Positions 38,346-48,154 of a DNA stretch of 64,000 bases are shown here, piece by piece. Below the pieces are notes generated by a model. That model was not told where the DNA came from, searched no databases, and worked only from the letters and a program-made list of their open reading frames with translations. Source of the stretch: an uncultured delta proteobacterium (GTDB lineage Bacteria; Desulfobacterota; BSN033; UBA1163). The DNA lies in NCBI GenBank assembly GCA_963826305.1, contig CAWGWZ010000001.1, positions 19,577 to 83,576 of the forward strand. The letters are read 5' to 3'. A program made the translations under genes and the position numbers. Each line of letters opens with the position of its first letter. The stretch's first letter is position 1.

Positions 38346-39485
38346 ATGTTAGATGCGATTTTAGGCGGATTGAATGGACTCATTGCGGGATTTGTCAGTC
38401 TCCATTGGTCTAATCCGGTCATGATTATAGTAGGACTCATTCTCCTTTATTTAGGTATCAAGAAAGATTTTGAGCCATTACTCCTTGTGCCCATAGGGTT
38501 TGGGTGCATCCTGGTTAATATTCCATTGGCTGGGCTTATGGAGGAAGGAGGCTTTCTCAAAATCATCTATGATGCAGGTGTCTTAACGGAGGTATTTCCT
38601 CTTCTCATATTTGTCGGGATTGGTGCGATGACCGATTTTGGCCCTCTTCTGGAGAATCCGAAGATTTTCCTACTTGGAGCGGCAGGACAATTTGGGATTT
38701 TTCTAACTTTGGCATTAGCATTGGCTTTAGGTTTTACAAAGTTGGAAGCTGTCTCCATCGGGATCATCGGTGCCTGCGATGGCCCGACTGCGATTTATGT
38801 CACCTCTAAGTATGCTCCTCACCTCTTAGGTGCCGTCTCCGTAGCCGCCTATTCCTATATGTCTTTGGTCCCTGTTTTTCAGCCTCCTATTATGAAGCTT
38901 CTCACCACTAAGAAAGAAAGGATGATCAATATGGGGGTCGTTAGAAAGTCGGCTTCAAAAACGACGAAGATCCTCTTTCCCTTAGTGGTTACAGTCATAG
39001 GAGGCCTCATCGCACCCAAAGGGTTGATCCTTTTGGGAACGATTATGTTGGGAAATCTCATGAAGGAGTGCGGGGTCGTGAGCCGACTCACCAAGGCTTC
39101 TGAAAATGAAATTGCAAACATTGTTACTCTCCTTTTGGGAATCTCCATCGGAGCGACCATGGATGGCAAGGTGTTTATAACACCCCAGACACTGATCATC
39201 CTGGCACTGGGATTTTTGGCCATCTGCCTCGATACAGCCTGTGGTGTTTTGTTTGGAAAAGTGATGAATTTTTTATCAGGCGGCAAGATTAATCCTCTCA
39301 TCGGAGCAGCCGGGATTTCAGCCTATCCGATGTCAGCAAGAGTGGTCCAAAAGGAAGGCCAAAAATATAATCCCAAAAATTATCTCCTGATGCATGCCAT
39401 GGGATCCAACACCGGTGGCCAAGTTGGTTCTGTAATGGCCGCAGCGGTCATGCTCTCGATTCTGAAAGGCATGGGGATCATCTGA
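38346..39485 (+). CDS. oadB: Sodium ion-translocating decarboxylase beta subunit (OadB/GcdB/MmdB)
   Basis: EPLLLVPIGFG, GAMTDFGPL, GIIGACDGPT, AAYSYMSLVP, NPLIGAAG. Confidence 0.95.
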   Translation: MLDAILGGLNGLIAGFVSLHWSNPVMIIVGLILLYLGIKKDFEPLLLVPIGFGCILVNIPLAGLMEEGGFLKIIYDAGVLTEVFPLLIFVGIGAMTDFGPLLENPKIFLLGAAGQFGIFLTLALALALGFTKLEAVSIGIIGACDGPTAIYVTSKYAPHLLGAVSVAAYSYMSLVPVFQPPIMKLLTTKKERMINMGVVRKSASKTTKILFPLVVTVIGGLIAPKGLILLGTIMLGNLMKECGVVSRLTKASENEIANIVTLLLGISIGATMDGKVFITPQTLIILALGFLAICLDTACGVLFGKVMNFLSGGKINPLIGAAGISAYPMSARVVQKEGQKYNPKNYLLMHAMGSNTGGQVGSVMAAAVMLSILKGMGII

Positions 39486-39557
39486 TTTTGATTGTGGAAC
39501 GCAAAAAACGAAGGGCGGGGGGTAATCTTCCCGCTCTTTTTATTCTAAAGGAGTAAA

Positions 39558-39680
39558 CCCCGTTAGAAATTCCAGCGGGGCACTCGCCGCGCAAGCGCTG
39601 GCGCAGCGGGTTAAACCCCGCCGGAATTATTCTAAAATCTAACCCCGCTGCAGAGCAGCGGGGCATTATTTCTAACGGGG
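39558..39680 (+). mobile_element. CCCCGTTAGAAA-family MITE, long form with an extra 28-bp hairpin
   Basis: Same as the reverse complement of 12749-12843 plus ctcgccgcgcaagcgctggcgcagcggg; TAAA flanks. Confidence 0.85.
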
Positions 39681-39793
39681 TAAAGTAGATCTGGTTAAAA
39701 GGCTTGTGTGATGGGTTAAAATGAAAGCATAGTGGTTGTAATAGGAGTCAATTTAGTCCAATTCGGAACGAAATGGGGGATAGTGGCGAATAA

Positions 39794-40681
39794 ATGCATT
39801 TTGACCTGAGTTTAATTTACATAATTGTCCAGGTCATCTTTTTAGAGGGCATCCTTTCCATTGATAATGCGGCTGTCCTGGGTGCCATGGTGTCTGTGCT
39901 TCCGGCAAAAGACAGGGTTCCCTGGCCAGGCCCTCTCAAATTCCTTGGAACTCCAGTTCACCGCATCCTGGGCGGGCAACGATCTGCTGCTCTTAAGGTG
40001 GGACTCCTGGGTGCTTATCTTGGCCGTGGTCTCATGCTTGTCATGGCCAATTTTGTCATCCACAACCACTATCTTAAAATTTTGGGTGCGGCCTATTTAA
40101 TCAAACTCGCCTTTGAGAATCTGGGTGAAGCAGAAGCTGGCGAGGAGGATCAGGTCAGAGCCAAGAGAATGGAGGGCAAAACCTTTTGGAGCGTGGTCAT
40201 AGCCGTGGAGTTAGCCGATCTGGCCTTTTCCCTTGACAACGTGGTGGCTGTGGTCGCACTCTCTAATAACCTGTACATCGTGATGTTTGGCGTGTTTATG
40301 GGCATCCTCACCATGCGCTTCGCAGCAGGCATATTTACGTGGATGATCCTCAGAGAGCCCATTCTCAAACCAGCGGCTTACCTGGTAGTCTTCAATATCG
40401 GCGCGGAGTTGCTGCTGGATGAGTTTCTGGGGATAGAGGTTGGTGCCGGGCTGAAATTCGTGATCTCTGCCGGAACCCTGATCCTGTTCGTGGTTTATGC
40501 TCGCCTCAAGCCCTTGCATGTCTTTCAGCCCGTCTTCGATTGGGTGGGAGTGGGAATGGCCAATATCAACGAGCTTTTTGATTGGGCTTTGGTACCTGTA
40601 GTCCTCGTCATTAAGATTTTATTCAAAGGGATTTTCTTTGTTTTACGTCCCATCATCAATCTCTTCAATCCCAATCGGTAA
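39794..40681 (+). CDS. TerC-family membrane protein
   Basis: LEGILSIDNAAV, ELADLAFSLDNV, GILTMRF. Confidence 0.9.
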   Translation: MHFDLSLIYIIVQVIFLEGILSIDNAAVLGAMVSVLPAKDRVPWPGPLKFLGTPVHRILGGQRSAALKVGLLGAYLGRGLMLVMANFVIHNHYLKILGAAYLIKLAFENLGEAEAGEEDQVRAKRMEGKTFWSVVIAVELADLAFSLDNVVAVVALSNNLYIVMFGVFMGILTMRFAAGIFTWMILREPILKPAAYLVVFNIGAELLLDEFLGIEVGAGLKFVISAGTLILFVVYARLKPLHVFQPVFDWVGVGMANINELFDWALVPVVLVIKILFKGIFFVLRPIINLFNPNR

Positions 40682-40879
40682 TTGTATCACAGGAAGACCG
40701 GGTGGCTTTCGGCAAAGATCGGCATGAAAAGAGAAAAGGAGCAGATAAACGATAGCCCACTTGCAACATATTTGTTTTCTGTTCTAATGACCTTCAAATG
40801 ATCCCTCTCGAATCCTTCTTGAGAGGGCTTTTTATTCTCTTGTGAATTTCTCGTTAATTTTTTAAGATAATATCCAAAA

Positions 40880-41118
40880 GCCTAAATCCAAATCTCAAAA
40901 TCCCTGCCTCTGTCCCGCAAGGAGGGACTTCGCGCAGGCAGGCAAATGTCAAATGAATGTCAAGTGAAAGAAGTACATGGAAGAATGGAATGATGGAACA
41001 TTGGAATATTGGGTTGGAAAAAAAAGAATCCTTCCTTTTACGCATCATTCCATCTTTCCAACATTCCATTACTCCAGAATGATCTTTATTAGATTTTGAA
41101 CTTTGGCATTTGACATTT
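40880..41118. repeat. Nested inverted 7-mer/8-mer tandem repeats with an inserted 40-bp hairpin
   Basis: (AAATNYC)n arm vs (TTTGRCA)n arm; (TGGAANNN)4 vs (NNNTTCCA)4; CCTGCC..GCAGGCAGG at 40903-40942. Confidence 0.75.
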
Positions 41119-41141
41119 CGGATTTAAGTCAGGGGGTTTGC

Positions 41142-41642
41142 ATGAAGAAACCTTTGGTTGGAATTCTGATGGGAAGTGAGAGTGATCTGCCGGTCATGGA
41201 AAGGGCGGCAGAAGTTTTAAAAGAGATGGGAGTTCCCTATGAAATGGAAATCAGCTCAGCCCATCGACTGCCTGATAAGACGGTCCGTTATGCCAAGGCT
41301 GCGAGAAAGCGTGGGATTGAAGTATTGATTGCAGGGGCAGGGATGGCTGCCCATCTTGCAGGGGTTCTGGCCAGCCATACCACTCTCCCTGTCATCGGGG
41401 TCCCAATAAAATCGGGGGCGCTCAATGGTGCGGACGCCCTCTACTCCACTGTCCAAATGCCTCCTGGAGTTCCCGTCGCAACGGTAGGAATTGATGGAGC
41501 AAAGAATGCAGCCTACCTGGCCTGTGAAATCCTTTCTATCAAATATCCCGAGATCGCCAAGAAATTAATGGATTTCAGATCCAAGATGAGAAAATCTTTG
41601 GAGGAGAAATCGAAAGCCTTAAAGCAAAGAAAAGCACGATGA
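41142..41642 (+). CDS. purE: N5-CAIR mutase
   Basis: [33 protein letters not shown]. Confidence 0.97.
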   Translation: MKKPLVGILMGSESDLPVMERAAEVLKEMGVPYEMEISSAHRLPDKTVRYAKAARKRGIEVLIAGAGMAAHLAGVLASHTTLPVIGVPIKSGALNGADALYSTVQMPPGVPVATVGIDGAKNAAYLACEILSIKYPEIAKKLMDFRSKMRKSLEEKSKALKQRKAR

Positions 41643-42637
41643 AAGATGTGGAAGCGATCCTTCATGCTGCAGAGATCATCAAACGCGGAGGGATCGTTGC
41701 CTTTCCAACAGAGACGGTTTATGGTTTGGGAGCGGATGCCTTTAATCCCCTTGCTGTGGCTCGGGTCTTTGAGGCCAAGAGAAGGCCCTATTTCGACCCG
41801 TTGATCGTCCATGTCGTCAATCCAGCCGATGTGGAGAAGCTGGTCAAACAAATTCCATCGAATGCCAAAAAATTGATAGAAAGATTCTGGCCTGGGCCGC
41901 TGACGGTTGTTCTTTTAAAGAGAGAGGAGGTCCCTGATATTGTAACGGCCGGCCTTCCATCAGTTGCCATCCGGATGCCGAAGCATGAAATGGCATTGAG
42001 TTTAATCAAGCTGGCGGATTGCCCTATTGCCGCACCGAGTGCCAATCTCTTTGGCTATTCAAGCCCGACCACGGCTGAGCACGTTCGCGAACAACTGGGT
42101 GCCCAGATTGATCTCATTCTGGATGGAGGACCCTGTGAGGTAGGAGTGGAGTCCACCATTGTCTCTTTTTTAGAACGGAAGCCTAAGTTGTTAAGACCTG
42201 GCGGGGTGTCGCTCGAAGAAATCGAATCCATCATTGGAAACGTGGAGGTTAGTCCGACCGAAGAAACCAGGCCCTCTGCTCCGGGCATGCTGCCAAGACA
42301 TTATGCACCACGAACGCCGATCATACTCGATCGGCATGAGCGAAATTTCAGTTCGTATCAAGACGGGAAGATTGGATTCCTTGCCTTTCGGGAACCTGAG
42401 AGGTCTTCAAAGATGGATCACATCGAAGTTCTTTCAAAAAGGGGGGACCTCAGAGAAGCGGCGGCAAACCTCTTTGCAGCCATCCGGCGCTTGGATGCTT
42501 TAAACCTGGACTTGATTGTGGCCGAGCCTGTCCCTGAAGTTGGATTGGGGCGGGCGATCATGGATCGCCTCCGCCGAGCCAGCCGCAATCCCCGGGCTCG
42601 CCTCCCCCGGCGGGAGGGGATTCACCCTGTTAGATAG
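41639..42637 (+). CDS. sua5: L-threonylcarbamoyladenylate synthase (Sua5, YrdC + SUA5 domains)
   Basis: [39 protein letters not shown]. Confidence 0.95.
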   Translation: MKDVEAILHAAEIIKRGGIVAFPTETVYGLGADAFNPLAVARVFEAKRRPYFDPLIVHVVNPADVEKLVKQIPSNAKKLIERFWPGPLTVVLLKREEVPDIVTAGLPSVAIRMPKHEMALSLIKLADCPIAAPSANLFGYSSPTTAEHVREQLGAQIDLILDGGPCEVGVESTIVSFLERKPKLLRPGGVSLEEIESIIGNVEVSPTEETRPSAPGMLPRHYAPRTPIILDRHERNFSSYQDGKIGFLAFREPERSSKMDHIEVLSKRGDLREAAANLFAAIRRLDALNLDLIVAEPVPEVGLGRAIMDRLRRASRNPRARLPRREGIHPVR

Positions 42638-42688
42638 AAGATTTCTTGAATAACAAGGCTGAATAGACAACCTTATCTAACAGGGTGA
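42622..42688. repeat. MITE-like inverted repeat overlapping the sua5 stop codon
   Basis: ttcaccctgttagata ... tatctaacagggtgaa perfect 16-bp IR. Confidence 0.75.
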
Positions 42689-42705
42689 AGGGGAGGGGGA
42701 GTAAA

Positions 42706-42744
42706 CCCCGTTAGAAATCCAGCGGGGCATTATTTCTAACGGGG
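42706..42744 (+). mobile_element. CCCCGTTAGAAA-family MITE, short form
   Basis: GAG-TAAA|core|TAAA; one T shorter than the 32531 copy. Confidence 0.85.
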
Positions 42745-42762
42745 TAAAGTGGAGAATGAGGT

Positions 42763-43329
42763 ATGATTCCGATGAGAAAAATCATCTTGAGTAGTTTATT
42801 CTTCCTTTTGCTTTCCACTGTCTGCCTTTCTTATTCCTTCGGATTGCCGGCAGAGGATGTTCAATTAGTAACCGACGCCCAATACTTTCAGGTTGCACAG
42901 AAGATGATGCAGGAGGCCGAGACATCGATTCAGGTGATGATGTTTGAGATGGGATACTATGATGAATATTCTAATACCCCTTCCAATTTACTCATCAAAG
43001 GGTTGATCAATGCCAAGAAGAGGGGGGTGAAGGTCGAGGTGATCTTAGAAGTCAGAGAGGGAGAGGATCGGACGACCAAGCGAAATCGCCATACCGGAAA
43101 GATTCTCACGGAAGGGGGTGTGGAAGTGATTTATGATTCACCCTCTAAAACCACCCACGCTAAATTAATGGTTGTGGATCGACATCTCACCCTTTTGGGG
43201 AGCACAAACTGGACCTACTATGCCCTGACCAGCAATAACGAAGTCTCCGTCCTCATTCGATCGAAAGAGTTGGCCAAAGAACTGATCGATTATTTTAATC
43301 GAGTGAAGGCAACGGGCAGCAAAAAATAG
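42763..43329 (+). CDS. Exported phospholipase D-like (single HKD) protein
   Basis: Signal peptide; HAKLMVVD...GSTNW. Confidence 0.88.
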   Translation: MIPMRKIILSSLFFLLLSTVCLSYSFGLPAEDVQLVTDAQYFQVAQKMMQEAETSIQVMMFEMGYYDEYSNTPSNLLIKGLINAKKRGVKVEVILEVREGEDRTTKRNRHTGKILTEGGVEVIYDSPSKTTHAKLMVVDRHLTLLGSTNWTYYALTSNNEVSVLIRSKELAKELIDYFNRVKATGSKK

Positions 43330-43341
43330 ATTTCTGAAAGG

Positions 43342-43462
43342 AATGTCAAATGCCAAAGTTCCAAGTTCAAAAGAATCCCAAATTTCAAAAGATATTTGTT
43401 CGTAAAATCAATTAAAATTCGGATTTTGACATTTATTTGACATTTGAAATTTGTTTTTTGAC
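43342..43462. repeat. Inverted 7-mer tandem repeat
   Basis: aatgtcaaatgccaaagttccaagttcaaa ... ttttgacatttatttgacatttgaaattt. Confidence 0.65.
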
Positions 43463-43476
43463 GTTGATGATTGATT

Positions 43477-44247
43477 ATGCTGATCGATTCTCATTCTCAT
43501 TTGGAGATGCCGGAGTTTAATAGGGATCTGGAGCAGGTGATTCAAAGGGCGAAGGAATCGGATGTCGGGTATATCTTCACCGTCGGAACAGAAAAGAAGG
43601 ATTGGAGGAGGGCCCTTGAAATTGCCAATTCAAATGCTTCGATCTATGCCATTCTGGGCGTCCATCCCCACAACGCAAAGGAGATTGATGATCAAACCTA
43701 TTCAACCTTGAGGGAACTCTGCCGGGAGAAGAAAGTGAAGGCCTACGGCGAAATCGGCCTGGACTTCTTCAGAAACCTCTCTCCACGGGATGTCCAGTTG
43801 AAGAGATTTCGAGAGCAAATCGGCTTGGCCAAGGAACTGCGGCTCCCCATCGTGGTCCATGATCGGGAGGCCCATCAGGAAACGCTGGAGATTTTGAAAT
43901 CTGAAAAGGCAGAGGAATGTGGAGGGATCATCCACTGTTTCTCCGGGGATTACGAGATGGCGAGAGAATGCATCGATATGGGATTCTACCTCTCTGTCCC
44001 TGGAAGTATTACCTTTAAGAATGCGGAGAGATTTCAGGAACTCATCAAGAGACTTCCATTGGAATCTCTTTTGGTAGAGACGGACGCTCCCTTTTTGGCG
44101 CCCGTTCCCTTTCGAGGAAAGAGGAATGAGCCAAGTTATGTTCGATATACGGCGCAAAAAGTGGCGGAGATCAAAAAGGCATCTTTTGAAAAGGTGTGCG
44201 AGGTCACGACAAGGAATACGCTCCGGGCTTATCATTTGATGAAATGA
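43477..44247 (+). CDS. tatD: TatD-family hydrolase
   Basis: DSHSH, GVHPH, GEIGLD, HDRE, HCFSG, ETDAPFLAP. Confidence 0.95.
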   Translation: MLIDSHSHLEMPEFNRDLEQVIQRAKESDVGYIFTVGTEKKDWRRALEIANSNASIYAILGVHPHNAKEIDDQTYSTLRELCREKKVKAYGEIGLDFFRNLSPRDVQLKRFREQIGLAKELRLPIVVHDREAHQETLEILKSEKAEECGGIIHCFSGDYEMARECIDMGFYLSVPGSITFKNAERFQELIKRLPLESLLVETDAPFLAPVPFRGKRNEPSYVRYTAQKVAEIKKASFEKVCEVTTRNTLRAYHLMK

Positions 44248-44289
44248 TGAAAGGGGAAGAGGAAATACTCAATAGGGACGAGGTTTGAG

Positions 44290-44877
44290 ATGAGACATTG
44301 TGGAAAGGATTTCATTGATGAAATGCGGGAAATCCTCTCTTCAAGAGAAAGGAGGGTGATTGAGAATCCCCCCTTTTCCCATGCGGCAGTGCTTGTCCCA
44401 CTTTTTCAGAAAGGCGAGGTTTGTCATCTCCTCTTCACCAAGAGATCCGATCAGGTCAAGTATCACAAAGGCGAAATCTCTTTTCCTGGTGGGGTCGTTG
44501 ACGAAGAAGATTCGGAATTGGAGAAGACAGCACTCCGGGAAGCCTTTGAGGAGATCGGGCTTAAAGAGAGTGATGTTCAGATCATCGGGGTATTGGATGA
44601 CATTACGACCATTACCGAATTTATCGTCACCCCAATTGTTGGCCTCTTTCCCTATCCTTATCCTTTCAAGGTAAGCGAGATAGAGATTGCAGAATTGATC
44701 GAAGTCCCTCTCTCATCTTTGCTCGATAAAGGCTGTCTCAGTGAAACGGAGATCCTCCGGGGTGATCGGGAGGAAGTTGTCTATGCCTTTCAATATGGGA
44801 AACATATTATCTGGGGCGCAACTGCCCGGATACTGAAACAGTTTTTGGACTTGATTCCATCCAAAAAAGGAAGTTGA
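44290..44877 (+). CDS. CoA pyrophosphatase (Nudix)
   Basis: AAVLVP, HKGEISFPGG...ALREAFEEIG, IWGATA. Confidence 0.93.
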   Translation: MRHCGKDFIDEMREILSSRERRVIENPPFSHAAVLVPLFQKGEVCHLLFTKRSDQVKYHKGEISFPGGVVDEEDSELEKTALREAFEEIGLKESDVQIIGVLDDITTITEFIVTPIVGLFPYPYPFKVSEIEIAELIEVPLSSLLDKGCLSETEILRGDREEVVYAFQYGKHIIWGATARILKQFLDLIPSKKGS

Positions 44878-44936
44878 AACTCCCCCTCGACTCATTCTTA
44901 TATATTAGGACTGAATACCGTTTTATTGTGTTCCAC

Positions 44937-45500
44937 ATGGAGAAATTCTGGATGAATCCGTTTGAAAAGTGGGCGGAGCATGAATACAGTAAGAAAAAGC
45001 GGATGATAGCAGTGATTCTCGGAGGCATTATTTTTTGGATCGTCATCCCATTGTTTATCATCATTGCCTCATCCCACATGGATCAGTGGCTTCGCCTTCC
45101 AAAATTTCGTTGCGGACTAACAAACCCTCTCATCGGTTCGCCATTGATTGTCATCGGTTGGCTATTCGCTAATTGGACGGTAAAGGTCCAGTATTCAATT
45201 GGAAAAGGAACTCCGATTCCTCTCATGGCGACCCAAAAATTGGTTATTAAAGGGCCTTACACTTACTGCCGAAACCCGATGGCTTTGGGAACAACCCTCT
45301 TTTATCTCGGGGTCGCCATCTGGCTGGGTTCCTTTTCCGCTATTGGCTTAGGTTTGGTCTATCCGGTGGGGATATTGATCTACATTAAACGAATCGAAGA
45401 AAAAGAATTGGAGGAGCGATTCGGGCCAGAATATTTAGAATATAAGAAGAGAACCCCTTTTTTGATACCTCGATTCTGGAAGAGGGTTGAAGGCCAATGA
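44937..45500 (+). CDS. Isoprenylcysteine carboxyl methyltransferase / PEMT-family membrane protein
   Basis: GKGTP, GPYTYCRNPM, EEKELEERFG.EYLEYK. Confidence 0.88.
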   Translation: MEKFWMNPFEKWAEHEYSKKKRMIAVILGGIIFWIVIPLFIIIASSHMDQWLRLPKFRCGLTNPLIGSPLIVIGWLFANWTVKVQYSIGKGTPIPLMATQKLVIKGPYTYCRNPMALGTTLFYLGVAIWLGSFSAIGLGLVYPVGILIYIKRIEEKELEERFGPEYLEYKKRTPFLIPRFWKRVEGQ

Positions 45501-45624
45501 TCCAGAAAGAAAGAATAAAGGCTCTCAATAAAAAGAAATGAAAAAAGGAGCTTACGTCCTTTATTGGAAATTCGACATAGATGAATATGTGAAGATGGTG
45601 AACAAGTTAAATTACAATCATTAA
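45497..45624 (+). pseudogene. Collapsed relic resembling class II CPD photolyase (N- and C-termini only)
   Basis: MIQKERIKALNKK/EMKKGAYVLYW fused to KFDIDEYVKMV, with one frameshift; resembles the start (..YVLYWM) and end (RKFD..Y) of class II photolyases. Confidence 0.6.
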
Positions 45625-45701
45625 ACAGTCTTCTTAATTTGCATTATGATGGGGTCGCTACTATATTTAAAGTTAGGTTAATAATATAAGGAGGTAGAAA
45701 G

Positions 45702-46088
45702 ATGAAACTGAGCGAATATTTTGAAAAGACCAAAGGTCAGGGGATTATTGCAACTTCAGATTCAAAAGGAAGAGTGGGTACCGCTGTCTATGGAAGACCT
45801 CATTTCATTAATGAAAAAACCGTAGCCTTTATCATGGCAGATCGTTTAATGCATAAGAATCTTCAATCAAATCCCTATGCCTCCTATCTTTTCATGGAAT
45901 CCAAGGAAAGATATGTTGGCAAGAGACTTTATCTAACAAAAATTAAGGAAGAAAAGGATAAAGCCCTCATTGACAAGATCCGTCGAAAAGAGAGCTGCCC
46001 GGCTTATACGGTTTATAAAGATCAAATCAAATACCTCGTCTATTTTCGTGTTGATAAGGTTCTACCCCTGCTCGGAGATAAAAAATAG
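45702..46088 (+). CDS. Pyridoxamine 5'-phosphate oxidase family FMN-binding protein
   Basis: IATSDSKG, YGRPH, NLQSNPYASYLF, GKRLYL. Confidence 0.85.
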   Translation: MKLSEYFEKTKGQGIIATSDSKGRVGTAVYGRPHFINEKTVAFIMADRLMHKNLQSNPYASYLFMESKERYVGKRLYLTKIKEEKDKALIDKIRRKESCPAYTVYKDQIKYLVYFRVDKVLPLLGDKK

Positions 46089-46148
46089 AGAAGATGTAGA
46101 ACTGGCCACGGTCTTAAGCTTTCCAGACCGGACGACAGAGGTGTAACG

Positions 46149-47057
46149 ATGAAAATTCTTATCACGGGGGGAACTGGATTTGTAGGAACCCAGCTCACAT
46201 CCCGTTTAATCCAGGATGGCAATGAAGTGACGATCCTGACACGGTCTGGAAAAGGATCAGAGAAGGGTTCTACTGGAATTTCGTATTTGCAGGGAGATCC
46301 CACACGGAAAGGTCCCTGGCAGGAAGCAATTAAGGACCACGACGCCATCATCAATCTTGCAGGTGCCTCAATTTTCAGCAAGTGGACAGAGGAACACAAG
46401 AAAGCGATCAGGGAAACTCGTGTCAGCACCACTCAAAATATCGTCGAAGGAATACCACCCCATCCCGAAAAAAAGATCACTCTCTTTAGCACCTCTGCGG
46501 TTGGCTACTATGGTTTCTGTGGGGATGAAGAGCTTTCTGAGAACTCTCCTCCGGGAAATGACTTTTTAGCCCGGATTGCTTTGGAATGGGAAGGGGAAGC
46601 CCTCAAGGCCAGAGGAAAAGGCGCTCGGGTGGTTATCACCCGATTCGGCATCGTCATGGGAGAAAAAGGGGGAGCTCTCAGCCAGATGATTCCTCTCTTC
46701 AAGAAATATATCGGAGGCCCGATCGGGAGCGGAAGGCAGTGGTTCTCCTGGGTTCACATTAAAGACCTTGCCGAAGCCTTTGTTTTTCTGATCAAACATC
46801 CAGAGATTCCAGGTCCGGTCAACGTATGCTCTCCGAATCCGGTGAGGAATAAAGATTTGGCAAAGGCTCTTGGAAAAGCCCTTCACCGGCCTTCCTTTCT
46901 TCCTGCCCCAGGGTTCATGGTGAAATTGGTTCTGGGAGAATTTGGTTCGGTCATCCTTGAAGGACAGAGGGTCATCCCGCGAAAGCTACTGGATAGCGGT
47001 TTTCGCTTTCAATATCTTGACATTGAAAAGGCCTTGCAAAGCATCGTAGGGCAATAA
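46149..47057 (+). CDS. TIGR01777-family NAD-dependent epimerase-like oxidoreductase
   Basis: ITGGTGFVG, INLAGA, SAVGYYG, GSGRQWFSWVH. Confidence 0.93.
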   Translation: MKILITGGTGFVGTQLTSRLIQDGNEVTILTRSGKGSEKGSTGISYLQGDPTRKGPWQEAIKDHDAIINLAGASIFSKWTEEHKKAIRETRVSTTQNIVEGIPPHPEKKITLFSTSAVGYYGFCGDEELSENSPPGNDFLARIALEWEGEALKARGKGARVVITRFGIVMGEKGGALSQMIPLFKKYIGGPIGSGRQWFSWVHIKDLAEAFVFLIKHPEIPGPVNVCSPNPVRNKDLAKALGKALHRPSFLPAPGFMVKLVLGEFGSVILEGQRVIPRKLLDSGFRFQYLDIEKALQSIVGQ

Positions 47058-47140
47058 GCCTTTATCTCTCCCACGGCATAGCATCCCAATTCAAAAATTG
47101 GTGGACAGCTTCCTCTGCTATACTATAACCGTCGCGCGCT

Positions 47141-47224
47141 GGGGTCGAATCTTTATCCTTGACTAATTTGCCTTATCGTCTTCTAAGAAAATTAATTCCA
47201 AAAGTGAAGGATAAAGATCTTCCC
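47141..47224. repeat. Inverted-repeat element at the R-M locus boundary
   Basis: ggggtcgaatctttatccttgac ... gtgaaggataaagatcttccc. Confidence 0.55.
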
Positions 47225-47280
47225 ATTTCACTCTATTTCTATATCCAACGCAACGCCCAAATGAAGACGGGAAGACACCT

Positions 47281-48153
47281 TCATACTGCCAAATCAAAAG
47301 GGAGATCGCTGATATCCCGAAGGCGTCGCCCATCAATCATCCCTGTCAACATCTCCAATTGATCTTCGCTTCCCACCTCTTGAACGGCCTCTCGTAATTC
47401 GGGGAGAGCAAAATGATATACACAGTCAAGATCTCCCGTTCCTAAGGCTAAGGAGGCTATTCTTGTTGGTAAGGGCTCTGCAGTAACTGCCACAATATGA
47501 GGGGTATTGCCTTTGCGGTTCCGAATTAAGTTCAATGCTTCCGTCCTGATATTCTGCGCCCTATCACTTCGCATGGTCCATTTGCAGGAAATGGTAGAGT
47601 GCAAGATCAGATTTGAGGCAGGCCGGTTCGAGGATCTCAATGGCGTGTACTGGCAAAGCGGTTCACCCACGCCAACTACTTTTGTGGTTTGGTTAATCTC
47701 ACTGTCCGCAACGGGGTACCTTCCAACTGTAATATCAGGAGTGACGAGGTAATCTCCTCCCAAGGCGGCTGCAAATTCTGTTTTTTCTTGAAGCATGCGC
47801 TGCAGATTGGCAACATGCTCATATTGGTCAAAGTGCGAGATACTTTGGTTGATAGCGAATAGCCATTTCCCTGGACGAAGATGGATCAAAAGTTTAAATG
47901 AATCTTTGAGGAAATCTTTTGTAATTTGTTCAAAGAGAATGCCTGCAGTTTGGCCAGGAGGTGCTTTTTTGGCAAGTGGGTAGTTAAGACGATCAGTGAT
48001 TTTCAACGCGATGGCAACACTTGTTTTGCTGCCACTATCTGCAAAATTTGGAATTCCTTTTCTTATGAATATAATTTTTTTGCAAAGATTTCGATGATAG
48101 TTGTCACGAAGACGCGCAATAAACATGTCTTTCCTCTTTTGCCCCGTTCGCAA
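47281..48153 (-). CDS. NgoMIV-family type II restriction endonuclease
   Basis: DYLVTPD, SCKWTMRSDRAQN, EALNLIRNRKG, AEPLPTRIASLALGTGDLDCVYH. Confidence 0.9.
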   Translation of the reverse strand: MRTGQKRKDMFIARLRDNYHRNLCKKIIFIRKGIPNFADSGSKTSVAIALKITDRLNYPLAKKAPPGQTAGILFEQITKDFLKDSFKLLIHLRPGKWLFAINQSISHFDQYEHVANLQRMLQEKTEFAAALGGDYLVTPDITVGRYPVADSEINQTTKVVGVGEPLCQYTPLRSSNRPASNLILHSTISCKWTMRSDRAQNIRTEALNLIRNRKGNTPHIVAVTAEPLPTRIASLALGTGDLDCVYHFALPELREAVQEVGSEDQLEMLTGMIDGRRLRDISDLPFDLAV

Positions 48154-48154
48154 T

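Noticed and set aside
28992-44247. Sir2, PLD and TatD as an anti-phage defence system
   Set aside because: Sir2 is a Zn-binding CobB-type deacylase, the PLD protein has a signal peptide and TatD sits among housekeeping genes; they are dispersed and lack defence partners.
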